DNA from: Candidatus Latescibacterota bacterium
GTDB taxonomy: Bacteria; Latescibacterota; UBA2968
DNA: 64,000 nucleotides
NCBI GenBank assembly: GCA_022821275.1
Contig: JAJEDY010000067.1
Span: 47,958 to 111,957 of the forward strand
Direction of reading: 5' to 3'
Both the position numbers and the translations under genes were made by a program. Below are positions 31,339 to 41,599 of this stretch, one piece after another. How positions within the stretch are numbered: position 1 is the stretch's first letter; each line of letters starts with the position of its first letter. Below the pieces are notes generated by a model. It worked only from the letters and a program-made list of their open reading frames with translations, did not search any database and was not told the DNA's origin.

Positions 31339-32211
31339 ATGAAACACACACGCCCTATTTACCAGCTTTCATGCTGCGGCACGTCCCTTCAATTGGGTCA
31401 TCGAACACTCGTAATGGGCGTTCTCAATGTCACGCCAGACTCGTTCTCAGACGGCGGCTTTTATTTTGAACCGCACAAAGCAATTGAGCGAGCATTGGCA
31501 CTGGTCGAATCCGGTGCTGACATAATCGATATCGGAGGTGAATCATCTCGTCCAGCCGGACCTTATGGCAAAGGGGCGATGGTCGTCTCTCTAAAAGAAG
31601 AACTGGATCGCACCATTCCCATTATTGAGGCCATTGCTCCGCAACTCGACGTACCCATCTCCATAGACACGACCAAATCCGAAGTCGCCCGACAGGCCAT
31701 AGACAACGGAGCAACCATTGTCAACGACATCAGCGCCCTGCGTTTTGATGACGACATGATACACCTGATCGCAGAAACCGGAACTGCTGTTATCCTCATG
31801 CACATGCGGGGAACGCCCTCAACCATGCAACAGAACCCCGCGTACGACAATGTCGTATCCGATATTCTCGATTTTTTAAGCACGCGAATCAACAGCGCAG
31901 AGGCGGTGGGAATTTCTCGATCTCAGATTGTAATTGATCCCGGACTGGGTTTCGGAAAAAAATACGCGCACAATATCGAAATACTCGCCCGACTGTCCGA
32001 ATTTCACACGCTGGGATATCCCCTTCTCATAGGTGCATCTCGCAAGCAATTTACCGCGCCACAAAATCTGCCTCACGAGCGCCTGCCGGGCAGCATTTCT
32101 GCAGCCATCTGGGGCGCAATCGCAGGCGTTCACATTATAAGGGTTCACGATGTCACAGAAACGGTCCAGGCATTGGCACTATCGGACAGCGTTTCCCGTA
32201 TAAATTTGTAA
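31339..32211 (+). CDS. folP: Dihydropteroate synthase
   Basis: Pterin-binding domain motifs (VMGVLNVTPDSFSDGG, DIIDIGGESSRP). Conserved ftsH-folP synteny. Confidence 0.85.
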   Translation: MKHTRPIYQLSCCGTSLQLGHRTLVMGVLNVTPDSFSDGGFYFEPHKAIERALALVESGADIIDIGGESSRPAGPYGKGAMVVSLKEELDRTIPIIEAIAPQLDVPISIDTTKSEVARQAIDNGATIVNDISALRFDDDMIHLIAETGTAVILMHMRGTPSTMQQNPAYDNVVSDILDFLSTRINSAEAVGISRSQIVIDPGLGFGKKYAHNIEILARLSEFHTLGYPLLIGASRKQFTAPQNLPHERLPGSISAAIWGAIAGVHIIRVHDVTETVQALALSDSVSRINL

Positions 32212-32288
32212 AACGCCTTGACATCACATGGCAAAACCCTGTAGATTTTTGGGTAAATAATATCTCGCCCCACTCTCACGCCCTCCAA

Positions 32289-33644
32289 ATGTCGATGGAC
32301 TATATATCTCTTTGCCGATGGCTGTGTATCATCGGCCTTCTGTTCCTTTTCTTTCCGCTCCCCAGAGCCTATTCCCGGTCTATTACACTCGAAGAGAGTT
32401 TGCGGCACGCGCTATCGCACAATGAAGACCTGCTAATAGCGCGCGAAGAACTGGAAAAATCACGCCAACGGATTCGCCAGGCAGTAGCCGATGTTCTCCC
32501 TCAACTCGATATCACCATGCAGTACACGCGCAACTGGTTGCTACCCACCTTTTTCTTTGAGACGCCAGCAGGCCAGCAACAATTTACCGTAGGGGCACAC
32601 AACAACCTCATCGGCACAGTTGGCATCCGACAACCCGTCTGGGGCGGGGGCAAATCTTTTTCTGCCATGCGCGCCGCGCGTCTGTTTCGACAATTTTCAA
32701 TGGAAAAGGTGCGCGCTGCAAAGCAGCAATTACACACCCAGGTCGAAACGGCTTTTTACGACCTGCTACTGGCTGGAGAACTCACGCGCGTCAGCAAATC
32801 TTCTGTAGCGCGCGCGCGTGTAAATTTCAAGCGCGTCGAAAAACTGCGCGAAGCAGGACGCGTATCGGACTACGATTTGCTGCGTGCACAGGTGCAGGTC
32901 GCCGAATTGCTAACAGACTCCATACGCACGGAAAATGCGCGTGTATTGGCAGATCTCGCGTTCAAAAACCAGATCGGCCTCAATCCCATGGAACCCATTA
33001 CACCTCGTGGGACTTTCCGCGAAGAAATCCACCTTTTATCGACCAGTGCCGAGACAGAACTAATTGACCTCTCAATGCAAATGAATCCCATTGTGCGCCA
33101 GTACCGCCTCGAGATCGAAATGCTCCAGCATGCAGAGACCATTGTCCAGGCAGAATCCCGCCCAACCATAGATTTAATTCTCAATGGACAGTGGCAGGCT
33201 CAAAAAAACGAATTTGATTTTGTAAAAGACGATTTTCGCCAGAGCTGGTTTTCGGGCATCGCCATCAACATTCCCATTTTCGATGGCTTTCGCACACGTG
33301 CACAGGTTGCGCAGGCCCGCTCAGACACGCGGCAAGCCGAACTGGTACAAAAACAAACCGAGCGCGACATACGTTTCAACATCTTGCAGGCGTGGCGCAC
33401 TTTTCTCGAAGTGCGCGCCAGAAAAAACGCGCAGATACAGGCTGTCGATCTCGCCCGTCGAGGCCTGGAAATCGCGGAATCGCGTTATGCAAATGGCGTT
33501 GGCACCCAGATCGAAGTCATCGATGGACAAATCACTTTACAACGCGCCGAAGCCGAACTCGCGCGCGCAAAGCGAGACCTTGCGGTCGCCCTCGTACATT
33601 TAGAACTCAATGCGGGCATTTTAGGTGAAGAGAATAAACCATGA
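32289..33644 (+). CDS. TolC-family outer membrane efflux protein (OMF)
   Basis: Signal peptide and two OEP repeats. First gene of the efflux operon. Confidence 0.75.
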   Translation: MSMDYISLCRWLCIIGLLFLFFPLPRAYSRSITLEESLRHALSHNEDLLIAREELEKSRQRIRQAVADVLPQLDITMQYTRNWLLPTFFFETPAGQQQFTVGAHNNLIGTVGIRQPVWGGGKSFSAMRAARLFRQFSMEKVRAAKQQLHTQVETAFYDLLLAGELTRVSKSSVARARVNFKRVEKLREAGRVSDYDLLRAQVQVAELLTDSIRTENARVLADLAFKNQIGLNPMEPITPRGTFREEIHLLSTSAETELIDLSMQMNPIVRQYRLEIEMLQHAETIVQAESRPTIDLILNGQWQAQKNEFDFVKDDFRQSWFSGIAINIPIFDGFRTRAQVAQARSDTRQAELVQKQTERDIRFNILQAWRTFLEVRARKNAQIQAVDLARRGLEIAESRYANGVGTQIEVIDGQITLQRAEAELARAKRDLAVALVHLELNAGILGEENKP

Positions 33645-34690
33645 ATTTTTACAGGCTTTTAATACCCTGTCTCTTGATCGCGGTCCATCTGGGCTGTGGC
33701 GACGAATCTTCGGCGCAAAAAGAAATGCCATTAGAGCGCACCACCAATGTATCCACATTTGTGATCAAACCCGACTCCCTCGTCCAATACAGCAGGCTGT
33801 CTGCCACAGTCAAGGCCTGGCGCGATGTGACCATTAATGCGCTCGAATCAGGTGAGGTCATCGGCACGTACAAAGATGTGGGCGACTACGTCAACCGCGG
33901 AGAGGCTCTCGCACAACTCAACATGGAACTCCTGCAAGCCGCATTGATCGAAGCCGAGGCCAATCTCAAATTTCAAGCCTACAATTACGAGCGCAGCAAA
34001 CAACTTTTTTCGGAGGGATCGATTTCCGAACAGGCGTATTTTGCTACAGAATACGACTTCCAAAAAGCCAAATCAACAGCGCAGACCTTAAAGCATCGGC
34101 TCTCTTATGGGCGGATACAAGCACCTTTTTCGGGCCATATCGCAAAGCGATACCTCTCACAGGGGCAACATATCGCGCGAGGTGATGCAACATTCCGCAT
34201 CGTTCAAACCGACAGCCTGCGCGTTGCTGCCTGGGTAGCCGAGAGCGAAATCATCGACTTTGCCAGAGGCAGCCTCGTCATCCTCGTCCTCGATGCCCTG
34301 CCACACCAGACCTATGAAGGCACAATCGCCCATGTTGGCCCGGCAGCAGATACAGACCAGAGGGTTTTTTCCATTGAAGTCCATCTGTCCAATCCAACAG
34401 GACATATCCGTCCCGGCATGATCGGCACGCTGAAAGCCATGCGCCGCATTCACCGGCAGGTCGTCGTCATTCCCCGCGAAGCCATTATCGAACGCGAAAC
34501 CGGGCCTGTGGCCTTTGTCGTGAAAGACGACAGGGCACTTTTGCATCGACTTAACCTCGGGCCATCAGAAGCCGAGCGCGTCATCGTCCAAAAAGGGCTT
34601 GCCTTTGGCGACCAGATCATCGTCAAAGGTGGGCGAGATCTCATTGATGGCGACCGCGTGGCAATAAAATATGCGGAACCCGTCCCATGA
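33641..34690 (+). CDS. Efflux RND periplasmic adaptor (membrane fusion protein, HlyD family)
   Basis: Lipoyl/beta-barrel MFP architecture. Overlaps the upstream gene's stop by 4 nt. Confidence 0.8.
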   Translation: MNFYRLLIPCLLIAVHLGCGDESSAQKEMPLERTTNVSTFVIKPDSLVQYSRLSATVKAWRDVTINALESGEVIGTYKDVGDYVNRGEALAQLNMELLQAALIEAEANLKFQAYNYERSKQLFSEGSISEQAYFATEYDFQKAKSTAQTLKHRLSYGRIQAPFSGHIAKRYLSQGQHIARGDATFRIVQTDSLRVAAWVAESEIIDFARGSLVILVLDALPHQTYEGTIAHVGPAADTDQRVFSIEVHLSNPTGHIRPGMIGTLKAMRRIHRQVVVIPREAIIERETGPVAFVVKDDRALLHRLNLGPSEAERVIVQKGLAFGDQIIVKGGRDLIDGDRVAIKYAEPVP

Positions 34691-37600
34691 CCATCACCGC
34701 GTACGCACTCAAACATCGCATCACCGTTTACGTCTTTGTCGGCATCCTGATCATATCGGGCATCTCGGCTTATCTGTCGCTTCCCCGCGAAGCCTCGCCA
34801 GATATTACCATACCCCTTATCATCGTCAATACGCCGTATATCGGAGCCTCGCCTCAAGATGTTGAAAATCTCATTACCCGACCTCTGGAAAAAGAACTCC
34901 AATCCATTGAAAACGTCAAAGTAATCCGCTCGAGTTCGGTCGAAGGTGCTTCGTCAATCACAGTCGAATTTAATCCCAATGCCGACATTGACAATGCGCT
35001 CCAGCGCGTCAAAGACAAAGTCGATCTCGCCAAATCAGAATTACCCGATGATGCAGAAGACCCCGTGGTCCTCGAAGTCAACTTTTCCAATATTCCCATG
35101 ATGATCGTCGCATTGTCCGGAGACTATGGACTTATTCGGCTCAAAGAAATTGCCGAAGACTTCGCCGATCATATCGAAACCATTCCCGGCATTCTCGAAG
35201 TACGCGTGGTGGGTGGCCTCGAACACGAAGTCAAAGTCGATGTCGATCCCGACCGCCTCGTCGCCTACAAACTCGCCATCCAGGACGTAATAGAAGCTAT
35301 TCAACGCGAAAACTTGACCCTTCCCGGCGGTAGCGTGGATATGGGTGCATACAAATACGCCGTACGCGTCCCCGGCGAGCTTGAAACCGTTCCCCAAATT
35401 GGCGACCTCCTTATCAAAGCGTCGCAGGGCCGACCGGTCTATGTTCGCGATGTTGCCGATGTCGTATATGGGTTTAAGGACCGCACAAATTACGCCCGCC
35501 TCAACCACAAACCCAGTGTGAGCCTCGAAATTGTCAAGCGCAGCGGTGAAAATCTGATTGCCATCGCCGATCAGATTAAAATCGCGCTCGACGAATTGAA
35601 ACCCACGCTTCCCTCAGGCACACAAATCACCATTTTGGGCGACCAGTCCGAAGACATTCGCATGATGGTCAAAGACCTCGAAAACAATATCGTATCCGGC
35701 CTCATCCTCGTCATTCTGGTGCTCCTCTTTTTCCTGGGCCTACGCAATGCCTTTTTTGTCGGTATCGCCATTCCCCTCTCGATGCTCATTGCCTTTGTCA
35801 TTATCTCCATTATGGGCATCACGCTCAATATGATCGTTTTGTTTAGCTTAATCCTCGCACTCGGCATGCTCGTCGATAATGCCATCGTCATCGTCGAAAA
35901 TATCTATCGCCATCGGCAAGAAGGCCAATCGCCCATCCAGGGAGCGTTGGAAGGCACGGGAGAAGTAGCATGGCCTGTGATCACCTCAACGCTGACGACA
36001 TTATGTGCTTTTGCACCCATGATTGTCTGGCCCGGTATCATGGGCGAATTCATGAAATATTTGCCCATCACCCTGATCATAACCCTGTCTTCGTCTCTCT
36101 TTGTGGGCCTCGTCCTCAATCCCACATTTTGTGCATCTTTCATGACGGTGCGGGGAACAGTCGAAGAAACATCACCCCGCCTCCAGCGCAGCCTCAATGC
36201 CTATCAGCGTCGCCTTGAACTGGCACTCAATTACCCGGGAATAACCCTCTTTTTTGCAGCGAGCACTCTCATCCTCGTCATTGTGGCGTACTACTTCACA
36301 GGCCGGGGCATCGAATTTTTTCCCGAAATTGAACCCAATACAGCCTATATCGATGTGCGCGCGCCATCGGGCACAAACCTCGAAACATCGGATCAACTGG
36401 CGCGCCAGATCGAATCCATACTCTCCGATATTCCCGATGTTGAAACCTATGTCGCCAACGTGGGTGTCTCTGGCGGCGATGTATTTGCAGCCGGAGAAGG
36501 CATTTCAAATGCCAGCCGCATCTCCGTTGACTTTATCGATGAAGACCTTCGACAGCAATCCTCTTTTAAGACCATCGAGGAAATTCGCAACAAACTCAAA
36601 AATCTGACCGGCGCTGAAATCGAATTGTCTCAAGAACGCGGTGGACCACCCGTAGGCCCGCCCATCAGCGTTGAGGTATCCGGCGAAAATTTCGAAATTT
36701 TGGGTCAACTCTCCGCACGCATCAAACGCATCGTGGCCGAAGTGCCCGGCGTTGTCGATCTCAAGGATGATTACGACCGGGGGCGCCCCGAAGTCCGCAT
36801 CGTCGTAGATCGAGAAGCCGCTGCAATAGCGGGCCTCAATACGCGCCTGATTGCCGCTACGGTGCGCTCGGCTGTTTATGGCTCAGAAGCATCCGAATAT
36901 CGATTGGGCGAAGACGAATACGATATTCGCGTGAGATTCAAATCCGACAAGCGCAACACCCTCGCCGACCTCGAACGCATCACCATTGAAAAAGATGGCA
37001 AAATCACGCCCATAAGCGCGGTTGCACGCATAGAAACGGGCGGGGGATTTGGCAGCATTCGGCGCAAGGATCTCAAGCGCGTTATCTCCATTGAAGGCAA
37101 AGTGCAAGACCGCACATCTGATGCAGCCATGCGCGATGTACAGGTAGCCCTATCCAATTTTCCCCTGCCACCGGGCTATCAGATCGCCTATTCTGGTGAA
37201 AATGAAGAACAGCAAAAAGCCACCGCCTTTCTTTCTAAAGCTTTGCTCGTAGCATTGGCGGGCATTGCACTCATTCTGATTACGCAATTCAATTCCCTGG
37301 CCCTGCCCTTTACCATTCTCACATCCGTCATTTTGTCTATGATTGGTGTATTGATCGGCCTGATCGTCACCGGAACCCCTTTTGGCATCCTTATGACCGG
37401 CATTGGCGTGATCAGCCTTGCGGGTGTCGTTGTCAACAACGCCATTGTTCTAATCGGCTATACCCTGCAATTGCGCCAGCGCGGCCTTTCAGCGCGCGAG
37501 GCAATCATACGCGCAGGCGTCGTAAGATTTCGCCCCGTCATTCTCACAGCCATAACCACCATCCTGGGCCTGTTGCCCCTTGCCACGGGTATCAGTTTTG

Positions 37601-37803
37601 ACTTTCTTTCCTTTTCATGGGAAATTGGGGGACGCAGCAGTCAATGGTGGGGACCAATGGGCGTAGCCGTCATCTTTGGTCTCGCATTTGCCACAGCCCT
37701 CACACTGGTCGTTGTACCCGTTCTAATCAGCCTTATCTGGCGATGGTTTGGCGCGCCCCAAATTGAATCGGCATCCCCATATCGCCACACCGCTGCAGAT
37801 TGA
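34687..37803 (+). CDS. Efflux RND transporter permease (AcrB/CzcA family)
   Basis: 1038 aa with 12-TM AcrB topology and two large periplasmic loops. Translationally coupled to the MFP. Confidence 0.9.
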   Translation: MTITAYALKHRITVYVFVGILIISGISAYLSLPREASPDITIPLIIVNTPYIGASPQDVENLITRPLEKELQSIENVKVIRSSSVEGASSITVEFNPNADIDNALQRVKDKVDLAKSELPDDAEDPVVLEVNFSNIPMMIVALSGDYGLIRLKEIAEDFADHIETIPGILEVRVVGGLEHEVKVDVDPDRLVAYKLAIQDVIEAIQRENLTLPGGSVDMGAYKYAVRVPGELETVPQIGDLLIKASQGRPVYVRDVADVVYGFKDRTNYARLNHKPSVSLEIVKRSGENLIAIADQIKIALDELKPTLPSGTQITILGDQSEDIRMMVKDLENNIVSGLILVILVLLFFLGLRNAFFVGIAIPLSMLIAFVIISIMGITLNMIVLFSLILALGMLVDNAIVIVENIYRHRQEGQSPIQGALEGTGEVAWPVITSTLTTLCAFAPMIVWPGIMGEFMKYLPITLIITLSSSLFVGLVLNPTFCASFMTVRGTVEETSPRLQRSLNAYQRRLELALNYPGITLFFAASTLILVIVAYYFTGRGIEFFPEIEPNTAYIDVRAPSGTNLETSDQLARQIESILSDIPDVETYVANVGVSGGDVFAAGEGISNASRISVDFIDEDLRQQSSFKTIEEIRNKLKNLTGAEIELSQERGGPPVGPPISVEVSGENFEILGQLSARIKRIVAEVPGVVDLKDDYDRGRPEVRIVVDREAAAIAGLNTRLIAATVRSAVYGSEASEYRLGEDEYDIRVRFKSDKRNTLADLERITIEKDGKITPISAVARIETGGGFGSIRRKDLKRVISIEGKVQDRTSDAAMRDVQVALSNFPLPPGYQIAYSGENEEQQKATAFLSKALLVALAGIALILITQFNSLALPFTILTSVILSMIGVLIGLIVTGTPFGILMTGIGVISLAGVVVNNAIVLIGYTLQLRQRGLSAREAIIRAGVVRFRPVILTAITTILGLLPLATGISFDFLSFSWEIGGRSSQWWGPMGVAVIFGLAFATALTLVVVPVLISLIWRWFGAPQIESASPYRHTAAD

Positions 37804-37815
37804 CCCATTAAGGCT

Positions 37816-38001
37816 ATGGAGACACCCATGTTGCTTCGTATATTTCTCATTGCCCTTATCCTGGTACTATTTTTTCGTTTTGTCGGTGGCCTGTTCCGCG
37901 CCATGATCATGCGCGCGACCACACGCACATCATCGGAAAAAAAACCACAGCGCGACATTGACGATTCACAAATTCAAGACGCGGACTTCAAAGATCTTTA
38001 G
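37816..38001 (+). CDS. Small (61 aa) single-TM protein of unknown function
   Basis: METPMLLRIFLIALILVLFFRFVGGLF... It lies in the 225-nt gap between the RND pump and holA on the same strand. Confidence 0.3.
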   Translation: METPMLLRIFLIALILVLFFRFVGGLFRAMIMRATTRTSSEKKPQRDIDDSQIQDADFKDL

Positions 38002-38027
38002 ACTCTGATTCCCGGATAACACAGAAC

Positions 38028-39053
38028 ATGGCTACCCGACGCCCTCGCAAAACTGGCCCATCGCCAGCCCAGGTTCTCGACGCCGTAAAAAAAGGTGAAA
38101 TCTCATCTCTCTACTATTTCTACGGGGAGGAAGACTTCCAACGCGACCAGCTTCTCAACGCCCTCGTTGAAACCCTCATTGAGCCTGCAGCGCGCCCCTT
38201 CAACCTCGACATCTATCGCGCCGAAGACATCGATATTTCGCAGCTCATTGCACAAGCACTCACCTTTCCAATGATGGCGCAACGCCGCCTGATTATCCTC
38301 AAAAACGCCGATCGCTTACCCGATTCAGCCACCCCCGAACTCTTTCCCCTCATCGAATCTCCACCTGAAACAACGACCATAATCATCACAGCCGCGAAAC
38401 CCGATGGGCGCAAGAAACTATTTGTCGAACTCAGAAAACGCGCGACTGCAATCGAATTTCGCCCGCCCTACGATAATGAAATCCCGGCCTGGATCCAGAC
38501 ACATGTCAAAACCCTGGGCAGGCAAATCGCGCCCGACGCGGCCCACCTGCTCCACATGAGTATTGGATCAAATCTGCGCGAACTAAACGGCGAAATCGAA
38601 AAACTCTTTATCGCTACGCCATCCGATCCAATCTCTCGCGAGCACGTCGCTCAGGTAATCGACAACACGCGAGGGGTCACGGTCTTTGAACTCGCCGACG
38701 CCCTCGGGCACCGCCAGCTAAACAAAGCACAGACCCTCATAGGACGACTCTGCGAACAGGGCGAACACCCTGCCGGTACGATCGCGCTACTCGTCCGTCA
38801 CTTTGGAATTCTGCAGCGCGCGCGATGGCTATCGGGCCACCGCTTACCCAGAAATGCTCTATCTTCACGCCTCAAAGTACCCGCTTTTTTTCTCAATAAC
38901 TACCTCGATCAGGCCCGTCTATTCGACGAACGAGCACTCTGGAATGCCCATGAAGCCCTTCTCGATGCAGACAACCGCCTCAAATCCAGCGGCGGAACAC
39001 ATCGCGAAATTCTCGCTCATCTGGCCTATCGAATCTGCCGTGCATCCCCTTGA
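38028..39053 (+). CDS. holA: DNA polymerase III subunit delta
   Basis: 341-aa HolA-like protein (N-terminal ...YYFYGEEDFQRDQL..., LRELNGEIEKL). Confidence 0.75.
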   Translation: MATRRPRKTGPSPAQVLDAVKKGEISSLYYFYGEEDFQRDQLLNALVETLIEPAARPFNLDIYRAEDIDISQLIAQALTFPMMAQRRLIILKNADRLPDSATPELFPLIESPPETTTIIITAAKPDGRKKLFVELRKRATAIEFRPPYDNEIPAWIQTHVKTLGRQIAPDAAHLLHMSIGSNLRELNGEIEKLFIATPSDPISREHVAQVIDNTRGVTVFELADALGHRQLNKAQTLIGRLCEQGEHPAGTIALLVRHFGILQRARWLSGHRLPRNALSSRLKVPAFFLNNYLDQARLFDERALWNAHEALLDADNRLKSSGGTHREILAHLAYRICRASP

Positions 39054-39124
39054 CAACCCCATAAAAATCTGGTAGTTTAGCACATTCTCATCAGAACAAA
39101 ACCCAACCTGAAAGGAGTCTCAAA

Positions 39125-39451
39125 GTGGGAAGCCCATTGAATGTTACAGATGAAAATTTCCAAACAGAAGTTGTCGATTCCGATCTTCCGGTACTCGTGG
39201 ATTTCTGGGCAACGTGGTGCGGCCCGTGCCGGATGATTGCCCCCAGCATTGAAGAACTCGCTCGTGAATACGACGGTCGCGTTAAAATCTGCAAAGTCGA
39301 TGTAGATCACGCCCAGCAGACAGCACAGGGGTTTGGCATTCGCAGCATCCCCACACTGCTCATATTTAAGGACGGCAAACAGGCAGATCAGCTTATCGGC
39401 GCTGTCCCCAAAAGCGCGATAGAAGACAAACTCAAAGCCGTGCTCGCCTAA
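39125..39451 (+). CDS. trxA: Thioredoxin
   Basis: WCGPC active site and 108-aa thioredoxin fold. GTG start with an AAAGGAG ribosome-binding site. Confidence 0.9.
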   Translation: MGSPLNVTDENFQTEVVDSDLPVLVDFWATWCGPCRMIAPSIEELAREYDGRVKICKVDVDHAQQTAQGFGIRSIPTLLIFKDGKQADQLIGAVPKSAIEDKLKAVLA

Positions 39452-39536
39452 AACAAAAAAGCCGAAGACAGTGTCTCCGGCTTCTTCGTAAAAATAAAAG
39501 CCCGATATCCTTTATGATACCGGGCTTTTGTTTTGT
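39452..39536. terminator. Two back-to-back hairpin terminators serving the convergent trxA (+) and radical SAM (-) genes
   Basis: Hairpin 39458-39483 is followed on the minus strand by TTTTTTGTTT. Hairpin 39498-39527 is followed on the plus strand by TTTGTTTTG. Confidence 0.6.
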
Positions 39537-39549
39537 ATCGCAGCGCGTC

Positions 39550-41385
39550 CTACCGAGCAGGTTGCAAACCCCTTTGTATGGGATATGATTCGAGGATCGC
39601 CTCAATCTCTTGTTGAAAACGCTCGAGAGGTTCTGCAACCTGGTGGCGAAATTCTTCGCGGATCAGCCCGCAGTATTCTTGAGCCGCCTTCAACATCACC
39701 TCGGCGTTGTGTTGCAAAGTGCGATAATCGTCCTGAAAATGATCAAACCGCCCGTGCAGGGCGTGCATCAACTTACTCGCGTAATCACCGACACTCACCT
39801 CTTTATATCCCTCGCTAAATCGCTTCAGATGATCCAGCGCCTCATCCAAAAATGTCTGCACCTCATCGACCTGCAGGGCGTCGCGCGTGGTGAGAATCAA
39901 ATGACGACCATGAATGGATATGCGTATGGCATCGCCAAAATCGCGGGGATGATGCAAGAGCATATGGGCCATAAACTTCCAGAACGTCCACCGATAAGTC
40001 CCGACCACTCCCTGGTGCCAAAAAGAGCGCAATCCCGCCCTGAGTTCCGTCCAACCAACTGGCATTGACGGGATCGGTCTGCGCACGCGATGTGCATAAT
40101 GCGTGCGGCAGCGTTCAAAGAAAATCTCTGGACTATTCAGCGTTTCGAGGACCTTGCGATGGCGCGCCAACAACTCGTCGGGATCAATGAGGGGCACATA
40201 ACTCAACTCCCGACTAAAAATACCCGAATCACCCGTATATTTTACGTCTTCACGCAGACGGCCCAACCGCTTGTAGCGCTTGTAATCGGGGGTGTCGCGC
40301 AGCACGCCCAAAACCCCCACCATAGCCACCGGAATACCCGCTTCTCTTATAAAAGCAATCATGCGGTCCGCAATATCATCTGGATCCGTATCCAGGCCCA
40401 TAATAAAACCGGCCTGAACTTCCATGCCGTATTCTTGCAGAATCTTCACTTTGTCCAGCAAAGGCGTATCGCCCTGCAAGTTCTTTTGCGCGCCCATAAA
40501 CTTCAGGCTTTCTTCCACTGGCGATTCAATGCCCGCAAACATTTTATCAAACCCGGCGAGGTACATCGCCTCTAACAACGCGGGATCATCACTCACCCGA
40601 ATACTGGCCTGTGTAAAGAGCTGGAAAGGATACCCGCGCGCGCTCTGCCAGGGAACCACCTCTTCTTCCAGTGTTTGTCGAATCTCTTCGCGGTTGCCAA
40701 CAAAATTGTCATCAACCGCCATAACCGAGCCGCGCCAACCTCTATCGTAAAGCGCGTCCAGTTCTTGAATCACGCGGCTGCTATTTTTTAAACGCGTTAT
40801 CTTGCCGTATAGCGCGGGAATATTGCAAAACGTACAACTTTCGGGACAACCCCTTGTAATCTGAATCACCATCACCGTATAATCGTCAAAATTGATCAAA
40901 TCCCAGTTCGGAAGCGGTGTAGTGGTGAGACTTTGAAATTCACCTCGCCGATCAATGTACTCTCGCCCCCCCTTATAAGGCTCGGCCACCAAACGATCGA
41001 CCACATCCATAAATCCATTCTCTGCCTCGCCCAAATAAAAGACCGCATCTCCCTCAATATCTTCGCAATACTGCGTGGGCAATGGACCGCCATTGAGCAC
41101 GGGCACGCCTGCGACATTGCACTGGGCAATAATTTCTTCGAGGGAATGCCAGTGAATAATCATCGACGATGTAATCACAACATCTGCCCAATCCAGATCT
41201 TCATCTGTCAGCGGATGCACATTCACATCCACCACGCGCAAACTGTAGTGCTCGGGCATCATACCGGCAATCGTCAACAACCCCAAAGGCGGAAAAGCAG
41301 ACTTCTTTCCGACCAACCTCAAAGCCTCATCAAAACTCCAGAACGTCACCGGATTTTTTGGATATACAAGCAACGCGTTGGGCAT
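39550..41385 (-). CDS. B12-binding domain radical SAM protein (class B) with a DUF4070-like C-terminus
   Basis: N-terminal cobalamin-binding Rossmann-like domain, the CPESCTFC (CxxxCxxC) cluster motif, and a long helical C-terminal extension. Confidence 0.75.
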   Translation of the reverse strand: MPNALLVYPKNPVTFWSFDEALRLVGKKSAFPPLGLLTIAGMMPEHYSLRVVDVNVHPLTDEDLDWADVVITSSMIIHWHSLEEIIAQCNVAGVPVLNGGPLPTQYCEDIEGDAVFYLGEAENGFMDVVDRLVAEPYKGGREYIDRRGEFQSLTTTPLPNWDLINFDDYTVMVIQITRGCPESCTFCNIPALYGKITRLKNSSRVIQELDALYDRGWRGSVMAVDDNFVGNREEIRQTLEEEVVPWQSARGYPFQLFTQASIRVSDDPALLEAMYLAGFDKMFAGIESPVEESLKFMGAQKNLQGDTPLLDKVKILQEYGMEVQAGFIMGLDTDPDDIADRMIAFIREAGIPVAMVGVLGVLRDTPDYKRYKRLGRLREDVKYTGDSGIFSRELSYVPLIDPDELLARHRKVLETLNSPEIFFERCRTHYAHRVRRPIPSMPVGWTELRAGLRSFWHQGVVGTYRWTFWKFMAHMLLHHPRDFGDAIRISIHGRHLILTTRDALQVDEVQTFLDEALDHLKRFSEGYKEVSVGDYASKLMHALHGRFDHFQDDYRTLQHNAEVMLKAAQEYCGLIREEFRHQVAEPLERFQQEIEAILESYPIQRGLQPAR

Positions 41386-41599
41386 ACAGCTATCCTTTCA
41401 CAAAATGAACAACCAAGAACTTCTGATGGTTCAATATACCACAATTTTTTCGTAACTCATAGAAAAAACGAGAGCATCCAGATCGGGAAAATGTGATACC
41501 TCGAATCGTCGCGAACAATAAACCTTGATTTACACCGTAATTTGCGATAATTTTTCTGTACCTATCCATGGAGACAATAGCTGGGGCAAGGAGGCTAAC

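Noticed and set aside
41386-41599. Possible cobalamin riboswitch upstream of the B12-binding radical SAM gene
   Set aside because: No B12-box (GCCACTG-like) or other conserved riboswitch core is visible in either orientation.
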